Shown here: positions 20,201-28,384 of the stretch, piece by piece
How positions within the stretch are numbered: the first letter of the stretch is position 1
Layout of the letters: each line of letters opens with the position of its first letter
Notes under the pieces: generated by a model
Seen by the model: only the letters and a program-made list of their open reading frames with translations
Told to the model about the DNA's origin: nothing
Databases searched by the model: none
Source: a virus
DNA: 64,000 bases
Strand: one strand, 5' to 3'
Virus record (IMG/VR): IMGVR_UViG_3300031656_000001
Translations under genes and position numbers: made by a program

Positions 20201-22058
20201 TTAAAAGAGTATCACCCGTTGAATTATTAGCAACATTACTGGCATATAAATTTGAATAATATTCGCTACTAAATACAGGAATATTATTTGTAACCAGTTC
20301 GTTTAATGTAAGTATATTAGTAACACCAGATGGTAGATCGTACCATATTTTCATGTTATTAAATTCACCATCACACTGTGATAATGTTGAATCTGCATAA
20401 TTAACCCATCTATATGTCGGATTTGTAACAATACCACATTCTATGATTTGCGTAATTAAACCAGTTGTACTTATTTTTAAGATTCTGGTACCGCTTGTAT
20501 CTGATACTGGAATAAATATGTCTGTACCGCCTGTAGTTAACGGATTTGTTAATATGTTATTTAAATTGCTACTATAAATTAAACTACCTATTGCTAATTG
20601 ACTAACATTATTTTCGCCGTTTAATGTACTAGCATATGCTATGCTGTTTCTGTTTGCGACGCACATTACACTTGAATCATTTCCGAATGAACCAATCTGC
20701 ATTTCAAACGAAGGTGATTGAGCTATGTCAAATTTGATATTGAATTGCGCAGTTACACCATTCATCGCATCTGTTCCTATAAATTTCCAATTATCTTCCC
20801 CGAAATGTCCAGTGTTTGGTGAATATGTAATTGATTGAGTCGATATAATACCGCCATTATATGTTTTGTGTAATAATTGTCCAAACGATATGATACCATC
20901 GCTGACAGCAGTTGAAGTACTAAATGTTACATTAGTACTGTCTGTTGCAGAAATATCAAATGTTACGGTACCGTCCTGTGAAACACTTTGATTGCTTGCT
21001 GTGATTACAGGTACAGGATTAGTTATTGTTACTGTTCTTGTTTTAGTTACCGCTGAGTTTCCTGCAGCGTCGCTGACATTATACGTAATAATATATTCGT
21101 CCGGAATGCTTGTGTTTACTGGGTTTACTGTTACAATAGTTCCAGTAATATCTACACCAGTATTGTCTGTTGCGGTTGCACCTGCATCTGCATAGACAGC
21201 ACCTAGTTCTAAAGAAACAGGATCAGTTCCTAATAATAAAATTACAGGCAGAGAAGCTGTTGTTATAATCACACTACGCGTAACTTCTATTGCGTCAATT
21301 CCGTCTGCGTTTACATTATATGTAATTACATATGTACCAACTGCAGTTAAATCAACTGGGTTTACAGTTACTATTGTTGATGTGATATCAATGCCGTTAC
21401 CATCAGTTGCAGTTGCACCTGCATCGGCATATGTCATGCCAAGTTCAAAAGAAACCGGATCAGTACCTGACAATAAAATCACTGGCGCTGCAGTAGTAGT
21501 TACTGAAAGTAATGCAGCAATTGATGTATTATTAGCTTGATCTTTTGCGACTATATTAAATGCGTATAGTTGCCCCGGATTTAATCCAGTAATACTAACA
21601 GTCGGTGAACTTGTAGCAATCACATTTACAGTGGTAGTACCATATGTGATGTCATATGAAACAACTGCTACATTATCAGAACTTACGTCCCATGAAATGT
21701 CCACTGAAGTTGATGTGTGTGTTTCTGTTAAATTATTAGGTGTACTAGGTATTGTGATATCGGTGTATATGCTAATCACCTCGCCTATGTTTGTAGTTGC
21801 GTTTGTGTTTATTCCAATAGCTGAATCAGGTGATCCTGTACTAAAGAAATATTCAAGATGCTGTCCAATTGTCGTTGATGTTGGGCTATATAAATTGCTG
21901 AATGTGTCATCTGTGTATAATACAGTACCTACCACGAAAGTAGCAGTAACGGTATCGTCATAGTATAAAACTAGGTCAGCTGAACCACTTAGTGATCCAC
22001 CTTGTAGCGCAAGTATTGCACTTGTAAATTGTTCTGATTTTATTGTTATATATGCCAT
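14223..22058 (-). CDS. Giant virion protein (2611 aa) with N-terminal FN3 and tandem Ig-like (DUF5011-like) domains
   Basis: PSTPNNL...ISWDVSSDNVAVVSY...GLNPGQLY (FN3); two PVILLxGTDPVSxELG...YADAGATATD...ITYNV repeats; late motif at 22099-22107. Confidence 0.7.
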   Translation of the reverse strand: MAYITIKSEQFTSAILALQGGSLSGSADLVLYYDDTVTATFVVGTVLYTDDTFSNLYSPTSTTIGQHLEYFFSTGSPDSAIGINTNATTNIGEVISIYTDITIPSTPNNLTETHTSTSVDISWDVSSDNVAVVSYDITYGTTTVNVIATSSPTVSITGLNPGQLYAFNIVAKDQANNTSIAALLSVTTTAAPVILLSGTDPVSFELGMTYADAGATATDGNGIDITSTIVTVNPVDLTAVGTYVITYNVNADGIDAIEVTRSVIITTASLPVILLLGTDPVSLELGAVYADAGATATDNTGVDITGTIVTVNPVNTSIPDEYIITYNVSDAAGNSAVTKTRTVTITNPVPVITASNQSVSQDGTVTFDISATDSTNVTFSTSTAVSDGIISFGQLLHKTYNGGIISTQSITYSPNTGHFGEDNWKFIGTDAMNGVTAQFNIKFDIAQSPSFEMQIGSFGNDSSVMCVANRNSIAYASTLNGENNVSQLAIGSLIYSSNLNNILTNPLTTGGTDIFIPVSDTSGTRILKISTTGLITQIIECGIVTNPTYRWVNYADSTLSQCDGEFNNMKIWYDLPSGVTNILTLNELVTNNIPVFSSEYYSNLYASNVANNSTGDTLLIGTIASGIYSETDNTNNVHYKRSTTNDWVESDSNQNPPLLTWECEETLLYDVESMNSIETSTVSDPNINQYCAATKTNTNLFYRVLKNTGVISTLIELAKSNVLIYKSEIGAEIEDADDLFESNIFSDGNGFFTWENSGDNVNVKWYGYDNNNLLASGINITHSGTCSNYNKPSIPVNLIEGSGINDMNVFYGFYSSNPEIEGPDNSNNNETVFWPIYVIDGLHTNQGGDAGSHIETFITDISFGKIIKTTSFDSCLEYAVKIIAEDMDTAILLLKNTGITSQQRPVVSSGIEIGISSESVVNIYNNTDLSPCIVGDTATITSTYTFPLVSGYDTVKVGPNFNTQSNYKLDNVTKPLLRTNPKLSGNIKIVTSSDDSVYLESINASKDLASIKYKKNVINPNGNYASDVSNFFKSKGTPAALIFATKRAESDLNVLDSYDKQIEEEYQYGTTYNHSKNYTEKYRMFAPIWADDNIPSNFVIFKVKNPIGINIDAVDENNANVIQDMLENAEIVKSFDLTSTSNIGTYIRNHVQQETFPKSPITVSFDKGEMTNYNGIDIKSGEITSKGEYIHNDFVRTDKPLIEANDFITDGFKRNKMICANLLNLEFLFDDDSSVDYSVNRYFGLYVDTIDSGNGEIESISNNVIKFNKVKSLVDVDKPVTAIPSYKQMQTSPTLGYVCVNKIYYKISNPSKIGLYDPEQLEVKIDDSTGVIHSSIGISHTGRSINLTKNDERGYDFVKMSITDTPETGDKIAVVGSREEAYKFTFIKHIAGESITINLEDSTGLKQFSFNTGILFENNSLNDTKTSILNAWALLPDLNKYLDLTVDDATKSFVITESQTNLGDLNMYISSAISSIIRVDQIQSNIKIQNRTYVASYALDKGTYQGNLFSNQGSVSDITLALASAIHMDDSELDAVNSGQNIYIKTKIPGYRLLQHTVLVNKSNVVDFIRVGNHDTGNILKLREQFNGNNTVLSNWSAHYLNGGNSTSKSVYVDNTTVSEISIGDYLETRHKGKYNKVLDIVEDVRSFDSTKSKLILESKSDSESGEARVFNQDVVRIGLFSAYDVYDMNFDFYDTSNSDLKELSLETTSNIAYAPYDHAIQNIEEHLDMPGSELSANNIFNDNYNMAPINYFSNLSGILTEESVYEESTEIITSEFDRLKENQLKEFAINSRIVPNINKWVLKDSLTVRDQPYYLNTNEAFGRTNFSPDLTATGRSKDDMTHEWFYMDKKPKYLKYDNLNDTFSYVNFMEDFDLTANLFKSTNNDYFDKFMITEGFEKNLSEADTSSISTLFGEYDSGYLNTEDINNTFFKTNLKKKYTTIDGGASGSFASTIFKGLKVVLKNRKEFINKTAVDFVKNSEFNGYKFSILLKTNTDNNKNDIEFEVIQNKKFKFVIFFINLNLSDYWIDGNMNRKLLYELNHKIIYDQTIGDYVYANTAIDGALKWNTADLTGGSPYTIEGINNFDGSIPDFNNQILRGENGLYGDILMDIYPNESGNKMYKISIASIESDNVITIRNRPVNVIDDTDFLDISYLPNLLQSNIKYYYVGGGIDIYKNVLEKLSINEVADIINKDDDRITYTSIEEDGTVNNNRFTINFEDGNEIIKQATLSIEEDNNKPKSHKLSKGIIGYDLVSSKDTSYYPFLIRHNGSYTVDFKPVITFTDMYTHFKSNRIQASADNREMGLESKLYKHSLSDSYELTTAKSYYERYNRCGTTFNLGFIQDGGLHDKNWGVIKNHFYHKVNEINPSGVTKLSESSDKLPLYPAIDEIAIAKKDINVFRSSWDSGYYTRSFPGGKSESVPGTLDNTEERSYFASTLMKIKNEYSIVSFTYEIVEDYEELNYIMKNSINKSEVLLFEDDKQITADFYITDATIRLLKEDGVLARIQKHVNAENSAGDKTTLSDDADFYINKNIIEQFVVNSISLYTRSFKGAASSIVDVTDIESLSDGEYTPDNNFIYKSHRQKPMNFRLIYNKRLGYSYDIKPMIKIKS

Positions 22059-22112
22059 TAATCTAAATCTTTTTATATGTACAGGCCTTCTGTCTGTATT
22101 ATATATCCAGAT

Positions 22113-25100
22113 TTATTGCACGCTCATCCTAGTCAACTTCGCAGCTCTGATAGAGTTTAGGTTTTTACCTAGTGGACTGTATTTTGCAAACACTTCTAAA
22201 TCGAATGAAAACTGTTGATCATGTTTATCAAATATATCTAAACCTATTTTTTTGGTATATGTTAAGTTAGGGAATCTTAGTTTAGCTTGACCTCCAATTC
22301 TACCAATATCACTAGATGCATCATTACCAAAGTAATCAGTCATTCTGTATTGAAATATAATATCAACTGAAACTGCATTAGAATTAGCAAGAGTTCCAAC
22401 CTTTGCTTTAATTTGCTTTCTACTTTGTTTAGCATCACCAGCAACTCTTAATGTATTTAAATTAATTGGAGATAAGAATAAGAATGCTCCACATGAACGA
22501 CCACCTAGCATGTATTGATCGTTTGCATCGAATGACATCTTAAATGTTCTATCACCTGCGTTAATTAAACCACTTGTTTTTTGAAATGCTAATTGTTTGG
22601 TTGCTTTAACAGAATCAACTGGTGATGTTGCAAAAGATGCACCAATACTAGAATATCTACCACTGTATATGAATGATGTACCCGTTGCATATGTAGATGT
22701 AATAGGCATTGTATATAATGCATTATTGACAAGTGTTTTAACATGTTCTTGTTGTTCAGTTACTGTAACACTGCTGTCGTTTACAGATCCGTCTTCTTTG
22801 AAATCTATATACAAGTGCTCTAAATCTGGATGATGTTTGTGCATATATAATCCATTATTGTAGTTCGAAATTCCAACAATTGAAGTACTTGTTACATCGA
22901 CAGTAGATTGAGAAAATACAGAACTTATATTAGCGTTGGCATTATTAGCAAGATTGTTTCTACCAAATGTTCCTGTCCATATAAAATCAGCTGAATCTCC
23001 GTCACCTGTTGGTGTTATTAATGTAATTGTGTCCACTGTTTGAAAATCAGCATAACTAAGAGCGTACTCGTAATTAGTAAATTCGCTAGTGTTTGCAGAT
23101 AATAGTGATTCAGTTACATATAATGGATTTTGATTAGATACATCCATGAATCTAGAGTAAACAAATTGTCCACGTCTCTGTGCAGATTGATATGGTGCTT
23201 CAGCTAACATGTCATATGACGATAAAGATGTACCATCAATGTTTTGATATTGTATTGGAGCTAAATCATATTTACCTTCAGATGTATAATAATTATCAGA
23301 ACTGATTTTAACATCAGTATCTTTAATACCATTATCATTGTCAATTACACCAAATCCGTTATCACCAATTACAGAACCAGCCGCGCTAGATCTATATGCT
23401 GGTAAATTTCTATCACCAACCAATCTAGAAATTAATTCTAATTTAGTAGCTTTAGTGTTTTCCAATAATAATTTAAATGTCTTAGTAACAATATGACCTT
23501 TCTTGACAGTTAAACTGGCAACTTCGTCAGTATAATAACCTGCGAATATTTGATTCTTAGTTCCGTTATTTATAACAGTAACTGTACCGTCTTCATCCAT
23601 TACTTTAACAACTAATTCTCCTATTTCAACTTCAACTGCATCTTTAAGTCCAGCGATCTGCGCTTCTAATTGTGCGATCTTATCGTATACTGAAATTGGT
23701 TTTTGTTCAGCAGATAGAAATCCCGATGCAATGCCCGTAGCTGTATGTGCATAATATTTCTCATTTGCACTAAATGAATCGCTAATATGATTATATACAC
23801 CTCTTGACGTAAGTTGTTCTGCAATTTTAACAGCTGCAGTTTCAGCAGCGTTAACTAATAATAAAGCATCTACATTAGTAGTATCGATCTCAGTAATTGG
23901 GAAATCAATTGTAATTGATTTTGACCAATCTGAATATATTGGGTTTGCCGGATAACCAGCTTCTGAAACAGATTTCACTCTAATTTCCACTAGTTCACCT
24001 TCATTGATTGAAAGATCTAATTGATTGAAGTTAACTGCCTGTGCATCTTCTACTAAACTAGCTTGCCATTCAAATTTTCTTGTTTTTGCATTTCTAAATC
24101 TGTCTCTAGATTTAGTTTTTTGTTCGTTCCAGTTTGAGAATACTGCTGTTTTCTCTCTTGTACCTTCAGTGAATGGCAGTTGAGTAACTTCACTTGCCTT
24201 TCCACTGGTTGACAAATATCTGTATTGTATAATAAATTGAACAACATGTTGCTCAACCGTGTTTGCAAGTTTCTTAGGAGTTGGTACTTGCCAAAAACCT
24301 CTAACTCTGTATTTAGGTGAAATAGCAGTTGCATTAGTTCCTGCAGCAAGCGATTGAATTTGATTTACAATACTTGTATATAAACTAGTTTCGCTTGTTC
24401 TCTCCGTGATAAGAGAATTTAATTCATTTTTATCTACATCCTTTTGAATAACAGATTCATATTTCTTGGTAGAAATACTCTCTCGTGTATTAGATATAGT
24501 TTCATCTAACTTTTTAATCTTCTCTTCTACATTAACTTTATCAGCAGATAATTTCTTGATCTTATCAGCACTATCATTAATAGTTAGGTGTGAATTGATT
24601 TGTACTACCGCAAAGTTATTAGAGTTAATTGTTGGAGCATCAGGAGTGATACCCTCTGTTGCTGGTGGTATAGAATCTTCCTTAAGTGCTTTGATATATT
24701 TACCAAAATCTGCAACTTCAGAATTATAATAATCATCTAATCTTTTTATAGCACCGTCAGCCTGTATAAGTGTTAATTCATTTGTATATAAGCCGATACC
24801 AGGTGACCAGTTTTCTGCTAATATTTTAGAATCAGGATCTATTGCTTTAACAAAAACTAAAACTCTCTCGTTAAATCCTACATTAATGTTTACCTTTAAA
24901 TCTGCATCATCAATTTTATATATGCCAAGTTGATTAATTCCAATATTAGGTGTGATAGGTTCGTATCCTTCAACTCTTAATAGCTCTACTTGTTTTAATG
25001 AACCATTAATTGTTGTAATTTTATACCTAGTGTTATTAGAACCTCCGTTTAATATAAGCTCATCTCCAACTTGTAGTACTTCAGTCTGTTTAACGCCTTT

Positions 25101-25847
25101 AGAAGAATCGCTATATGTCAATTGATCCAATTCGTATAAATCTATAGACTGCTTAACTGTAACTTCACCCTTTACGATGTCTCTTGTCCCTGTACTGATG
25201 TTCACTACATCAAACTTACCAGTATACTGTACGTTTCTGTATGGCATGTCACGTGTGTCTTCATCCAGTGTATATGCTAATTTGTTATTAGATATTTCTT
25301 GAATTACAGTAGAATATTTTAAGTTTCCTTTATTCTTATAGTTACTATTAAAATAATCAACTGTCGTTGCATTTGAAGAATTAAACAAAATCCTTTTAAC
25401 TAAAACTCTCTCAGTATTATTTGGAATTTGTCCGCTAACATCGACGCTCATTGTAAGCAATGGGTTTAAAAAATCTTCGAAGAAATAATTAGCTTTAGTT
25501 GCAAAATTAATTGGTCTACTAAAACTAGTGATATCTTTTGCCGGAGATTTTAATCTAGATGTAATGATATTTCGATATGTACCGTCGGCTAATCTAATAT
25601 TAGTGTCGCCAGTACCTAACCCTGATAATGCTTTTAAATTTGTATCTAATCGTCCTAATTCGTTTTTCATGTAATGAAATGACGGCACAGAGACGGTTTC
25701 AGTTCCATCAGGTGTTAATATCTCAAGAGAAATATCTTGATTATTGGTAGTCATCGCCTCATTAATTCTCTCAAATATTGTTAAAGAATTTGCGTTGATT
25801 TCAAGTAGTTTCTTGAGCGAGTTAGAAATAGAGTTGTTAGTATTCAT
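22113..25847 (-). CDS. Putative baseplate/tail structural protein (1244 aa)
   Basis: Within the structural operon; coiled coils plus an FN3-like IRVKSVSEAGYP...SDWS segment. Confidence 0.55.
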   Translation of the reverse strand: MNTNNSISNSLKKLLEINANSLTIFERINEAMTTNNQDISLEILTPDGTETVSVPSFHYMKNELGRLDTNLKALSGLGTGDTNIRLADGTYRNIITSRLKSPAKDITSFSRPINFATKANYFFEDFLNPLLTMSVDVSGQIPNNTERVLVKRILFNSSNATTVDYFNSNYKNKGNLKYSTVIQEISNNKLAYTLDEDTRDMPYRNVQYTGKFDVVNISTGTRDIVKGEVTVKQSIDLYELDQLTYSDSSKGVKQTEVLQVGDELILNGGSNNTRYKITTINGSLKQVELLRVEGYEPITPNIGINQLGIYKIDDADLKVNINVGFNERVLVFVKAIDPDSKILAENWSPGIGLYTNELTLIQADGAIKRLDDYYNSEVADFGKYIKALKEDSIPPATEGITPDAPTINSNNFAVVQINSHLTINDSADKIKKLSADKVNVEEKIKKLDETISNTRESISTKKYESVIQKDVDKNELNSLITERTSETSLYTSIVNQIQSLAAGTNATAISPKYRVRGFWQVPTPKKLANTVEQHVVQFIIQYRYLSTSGKASEVTQLPFTEGTREKTAVFSNWNEQKTKSRDRFRNAKTRKFEWQASLVEDAQAVNFNQLDLSINEGELVEIRVKSVSEAGYPANPIYSDWSKSITIDFPITEIDTTNVDALLLVNAAETAAVKIAEQLTSRGVYNHISDSFSANEKYYAHTATGIASGFLSAEQKPISVYDKIAQLEAQIAGLKDAVEVEIGELVVKVMDEDGTVTVINNGTKNQIFAGYYTDEVASLTVKKGHIVTKTFKLLLENTKATKLELISRLVGDRNLPAYRSSAAGSVIGDNGFGVIDNDNGIKDTDVKISSDNYYTSEGKYDLAPIQYQNIDGTSLSSYDMLAEAPYQSAQRRGQFVYSRFMDVSNQNPLYVTESLLSANTSEFTNYEYALSYADFQTVDTITLITPTGDGDSADFIWTGTFGRNNLANNANANISSVFSQSTVDVTSTSIVGISNYNNGLYMHKHHPDLEHLYIDFKEDGSVNDSSVTVTEQQEHVKTLVNNALYTMPITSTYATGTSFIYSGRYSSIGASFATSPVDSVKATKQLAFQKTSGLINAGDRTFKMSFDANDQYMLGGRSCGAFLFLSPINLNTLRVAGDAKQSRKQIKAKVGTLANSNAVSVDIIFQYRMTDYFGNDASSDIGRIGGQAKLRFPNLTYTKKIGLDIFDKHDQQFSFDLEVFAKYSPLGKNLNSIRAAKLTRMSVQ

Positions 25848-25848
25848 A

Positions 25849-27786
25849 TTATCTTAAAATATCTGCTTCAAATTGATAGTTAGCAGCGTCAATGCATACT
25901 AATTCAATATATGGTTTGTTAGTTATTAATTGAGTTCCATCTATGTCAGCTATTAACTTATCAAAGCCTGTAGTAGATTTACTCCAAATTTTAATGTTAT
26001 TTCCTGTCATATTGATTTCGTCAAATGTAATTTTAAATGTTTGACCGCTTTTCCATGCGATTACACTGTCGTCAATATATATATTAAGATTACTTTCAGG
26101 ATCTGATGATATCAAACCTTTAAGACTTAATCTATTAGTGAATGATTTAAGTCTAGCCCAAATAGCAAACTTTGATGAACCATTACCACTTGCACCGGCA
26201 TCAAACATTAAATTCGTTGATAATTGATCTGCGATTGCCTTAGCATATATATTATATACGAATACTTCATTTAGAATGTATCCATCAATGTTATTGTCTA
26301 TTTTAATTTTATTAGGAATTGTTTTGTCAACCGACGTACCCTTTCCTGCAAATATCACATCAGTGTTGTATTGCAATTCAACTGGTATTGTCCCATCAAT
26401 TAAAGAATTTATTTTAGTATGTGCCTTTGTAATTAATTCCAATAATGAATTTGAATTAGCTAATTGAATAGAAGCGTTTTTGAAACTGTCTTCTAAACTA
26501 GTTAATCTATTGATAATTGCAACAGAATCATCACCTGACGTAACTAATCTTTCTACACTATCAACTCTCTTAGCAATTGAGCCATATCTAGCATTTGCTT
26601 GTATTAGGAGCTGTGTTGCATTTTCTATTGCAGTTGTTGTATCCATAAATAAATCCATACCAAACGTAGTGAAATCATTTATGCTTGTTTCAACTCCAAC
26701 ATTATCTAATGAAGAATTGAATTTTAAATTTAACTTTAAAGAGAACGCATTACCGTTTAACCCTGTAATCTCGTTCGGCTTATATTTGATCTGCTCATTA
26801 ATTTTAGAACCTGGACCATATGCATCTTGAATATCATCAAGAATTAAAATACCATATAAGTTAGTTGCTCTATTACCAGCAATTGATTCACTATAAAGAT
26901 CATAATAAACAAGAACAGCATTGAATTTAAACTTTTGTCCTTTTTTAGCAAAATCCAACAAAGACTGTACATCTGAGTTGTTGTTTATTTCTTCATATGC
27001 GTTTGCTTCAAACTGAATTCCAACACTATTAGTTGCATTAGTTTGAATATCGTAATGTCCACCGCTGTTTACTGTGTATGCATCAACTACAGAATCAATA
27101 TTAATATTAGGATCTGGGTGCGTTTGACCCACTCGACCTTCAATGTAATCTGAAGCATATAATTTAGTTGCAGTTGTATTATAATCGTTAGTTTTAAACA
27201 ATACAGTAGGTGTGTAACCAACTGATGTAGGAACGTTTATATAAACTTCGTGATATGTGTTACCTTGATATGCAACATCATTCTCTACATCAATTGTCCC
27301 TAAGTATTTTACAACTCGGTCATAATTTTCACTAGCGAATGTTCCGTTGATCTTCTCGGTATAATTACCCAAAAGTGTTTGATTAGAATCAGCAGCTATA
27401 AAATCAATAGCACCTAAAGAAGATAACCATTTAAAGAATATTTTCTCTGAATCTGATTGTAAAAGTATTGGATCGTAATCATCATCTTTCAATAATAATT
27501 CTTCCAAGTTTAGTACGTAATTTTGAAATGTCTGTGCAAAATCAACATTAGGCATCCCAGCAACATATGCTTGGCCCGAAGGTTGTTTAAGATTTGATTC
27601 AAAATCTATTACGTTAGAACCGTTAACTGAATCAGTAAAATCTGGAAGATCTAATAAAGCGTATTTACTAAACTCAAAATTTAAATCTGAACTGTTAAAA
27701 GCTCTAGTCATGTCTCTTGCTGAAGAAGCAAAAGCATACATTGTGCCTCCCATGGGCTGCGGTATTCTAACTAGAGGAGTTGCCAT
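25849..27786 (-). CDS. Putative structural protein (645 aa)
   Basis: Context in the tail module; internal coiled coil. Confidence 0.5.
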   Translation of the reverse strand: MATPLVRIPQPMGGTMYAFASSARDMTRAFNSSDLNFEFSKYALLDLPDFTDSVNGSNVIDFESNLKQPSGQAYVAGMPNVDFAQTFQNYVLNLEELLLKDDDYDPILLQSDSEKIFFKWLSSLGAIDFIAADSNQTLLGNYTEKINGTFASENYDRVVKYLGTIDVENDVAYQGNTYHEVYINVPTSVGYTPTVLFKTNDYNTTATKLYASDYIEGRVGQTHPDPNINIDSVVDAYTVNSGGHYDIQTNATNSVGIQFEANAYEEINNNSDVQSLLDFAKKGQKFKFNAVLVYYDLYSESIAGNRATNLYGILILDDIQDAYGPGSKINEQIKYKPNEITGLNGNAFSLKLNLKFNSSLDNVGVETSINDFTTFGMDLFMDTTTAIENATQLLIQANARYGSIAKRVDSVERLVTSGDDSVAIINRLTSLEDSFKNASIQLANSNSLLELITKAHTKINSLIDGTIPVELQYNTDVIFAGKGTSVDKTIPNKIKIDNNIDGYILNEVFVYNIYAKAIADQLSTNLMFDAGASGNGSSKFAIWARLKSFTNRLSLKGLISSDPESNLNIYIDDSVIAWKSGQTFKITFDEINMTGNNIKIWSKSTTGFDKLIADIDGTQLITNKPYIELVCIDAANYQFEADILR

Positions 27787-27804
27787 CTATTATTAAGTTT
27801 TGTT

Positions 27805-28371
27805 TTATACTATTGTTGTGTTATGTGATGAAATAACGTACCATACGTTTTCAAAACATCTTAATGTAACTGTTGAGTTCAATCCATCTAATGTAATTGA
27901 AGCTGCAGCTAAAGTTGAAGCACTTGCTTCGTGTTTAACTATTTTCGCAACATTTGCTGTATTAATAATTGTTACTTCTTGACCGTCATTAGATGCTGGT
28001 AAAGTAAAATCACTTCCAACAAAGTATGCTGATGCTGTGATAGCTCCAGTAACTTGTGTAGTTGGTATAGCCTTCGTACCTAATACTCCGCTTTTTTCTA
28101 ATGTTCCTCCAATTTTAGTAGTACCATTAAACACAACATCAGTTGTGAATTCTGCACCTGAATTGTTAACAGACAATAAGTTTGTACCATTGTATACAAC
28201 TGCTAATGATGCAGTAGAAATACTAGCTAATCCGCTTAGTGTTAATGTGGTTGGGTTTAATAGAGCCGTAACAGATGCTAACGCATCGTTTAATAACTCA
28301 AAGTTACTATTGATGATTGGTCTCGATGAAGAAACTGAGTCAGTTCCTAAAATTTCAGTAATGTTTGCCAT
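27805..28371 (-). CDS. Short fibre-like structural protein
   Basis: IINSNFELL fibre N-terminal motif; C-terminal TLPASNDGQEVTIIN...W beta domain. Confidence 0.55.
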   Translation of the reverse strand: MANITEILGTDSVSSSRPIINSNFELLNDALASVTALLNPTTLTLSGLASISTASLAVVYNGTNLLSVNNSGAEFTTDVVFNGTTKIGGTLEKSGVLGTKAIPTTQVTGAITASAYFVGSDFTLPASNDGQEVTIINTANVAKIVKHEASASTLAAASITLDGLNSTVTLRCFENVWYVISSHNTTIV

Positions 28372-28384
28372 TTTATTTGTTTTA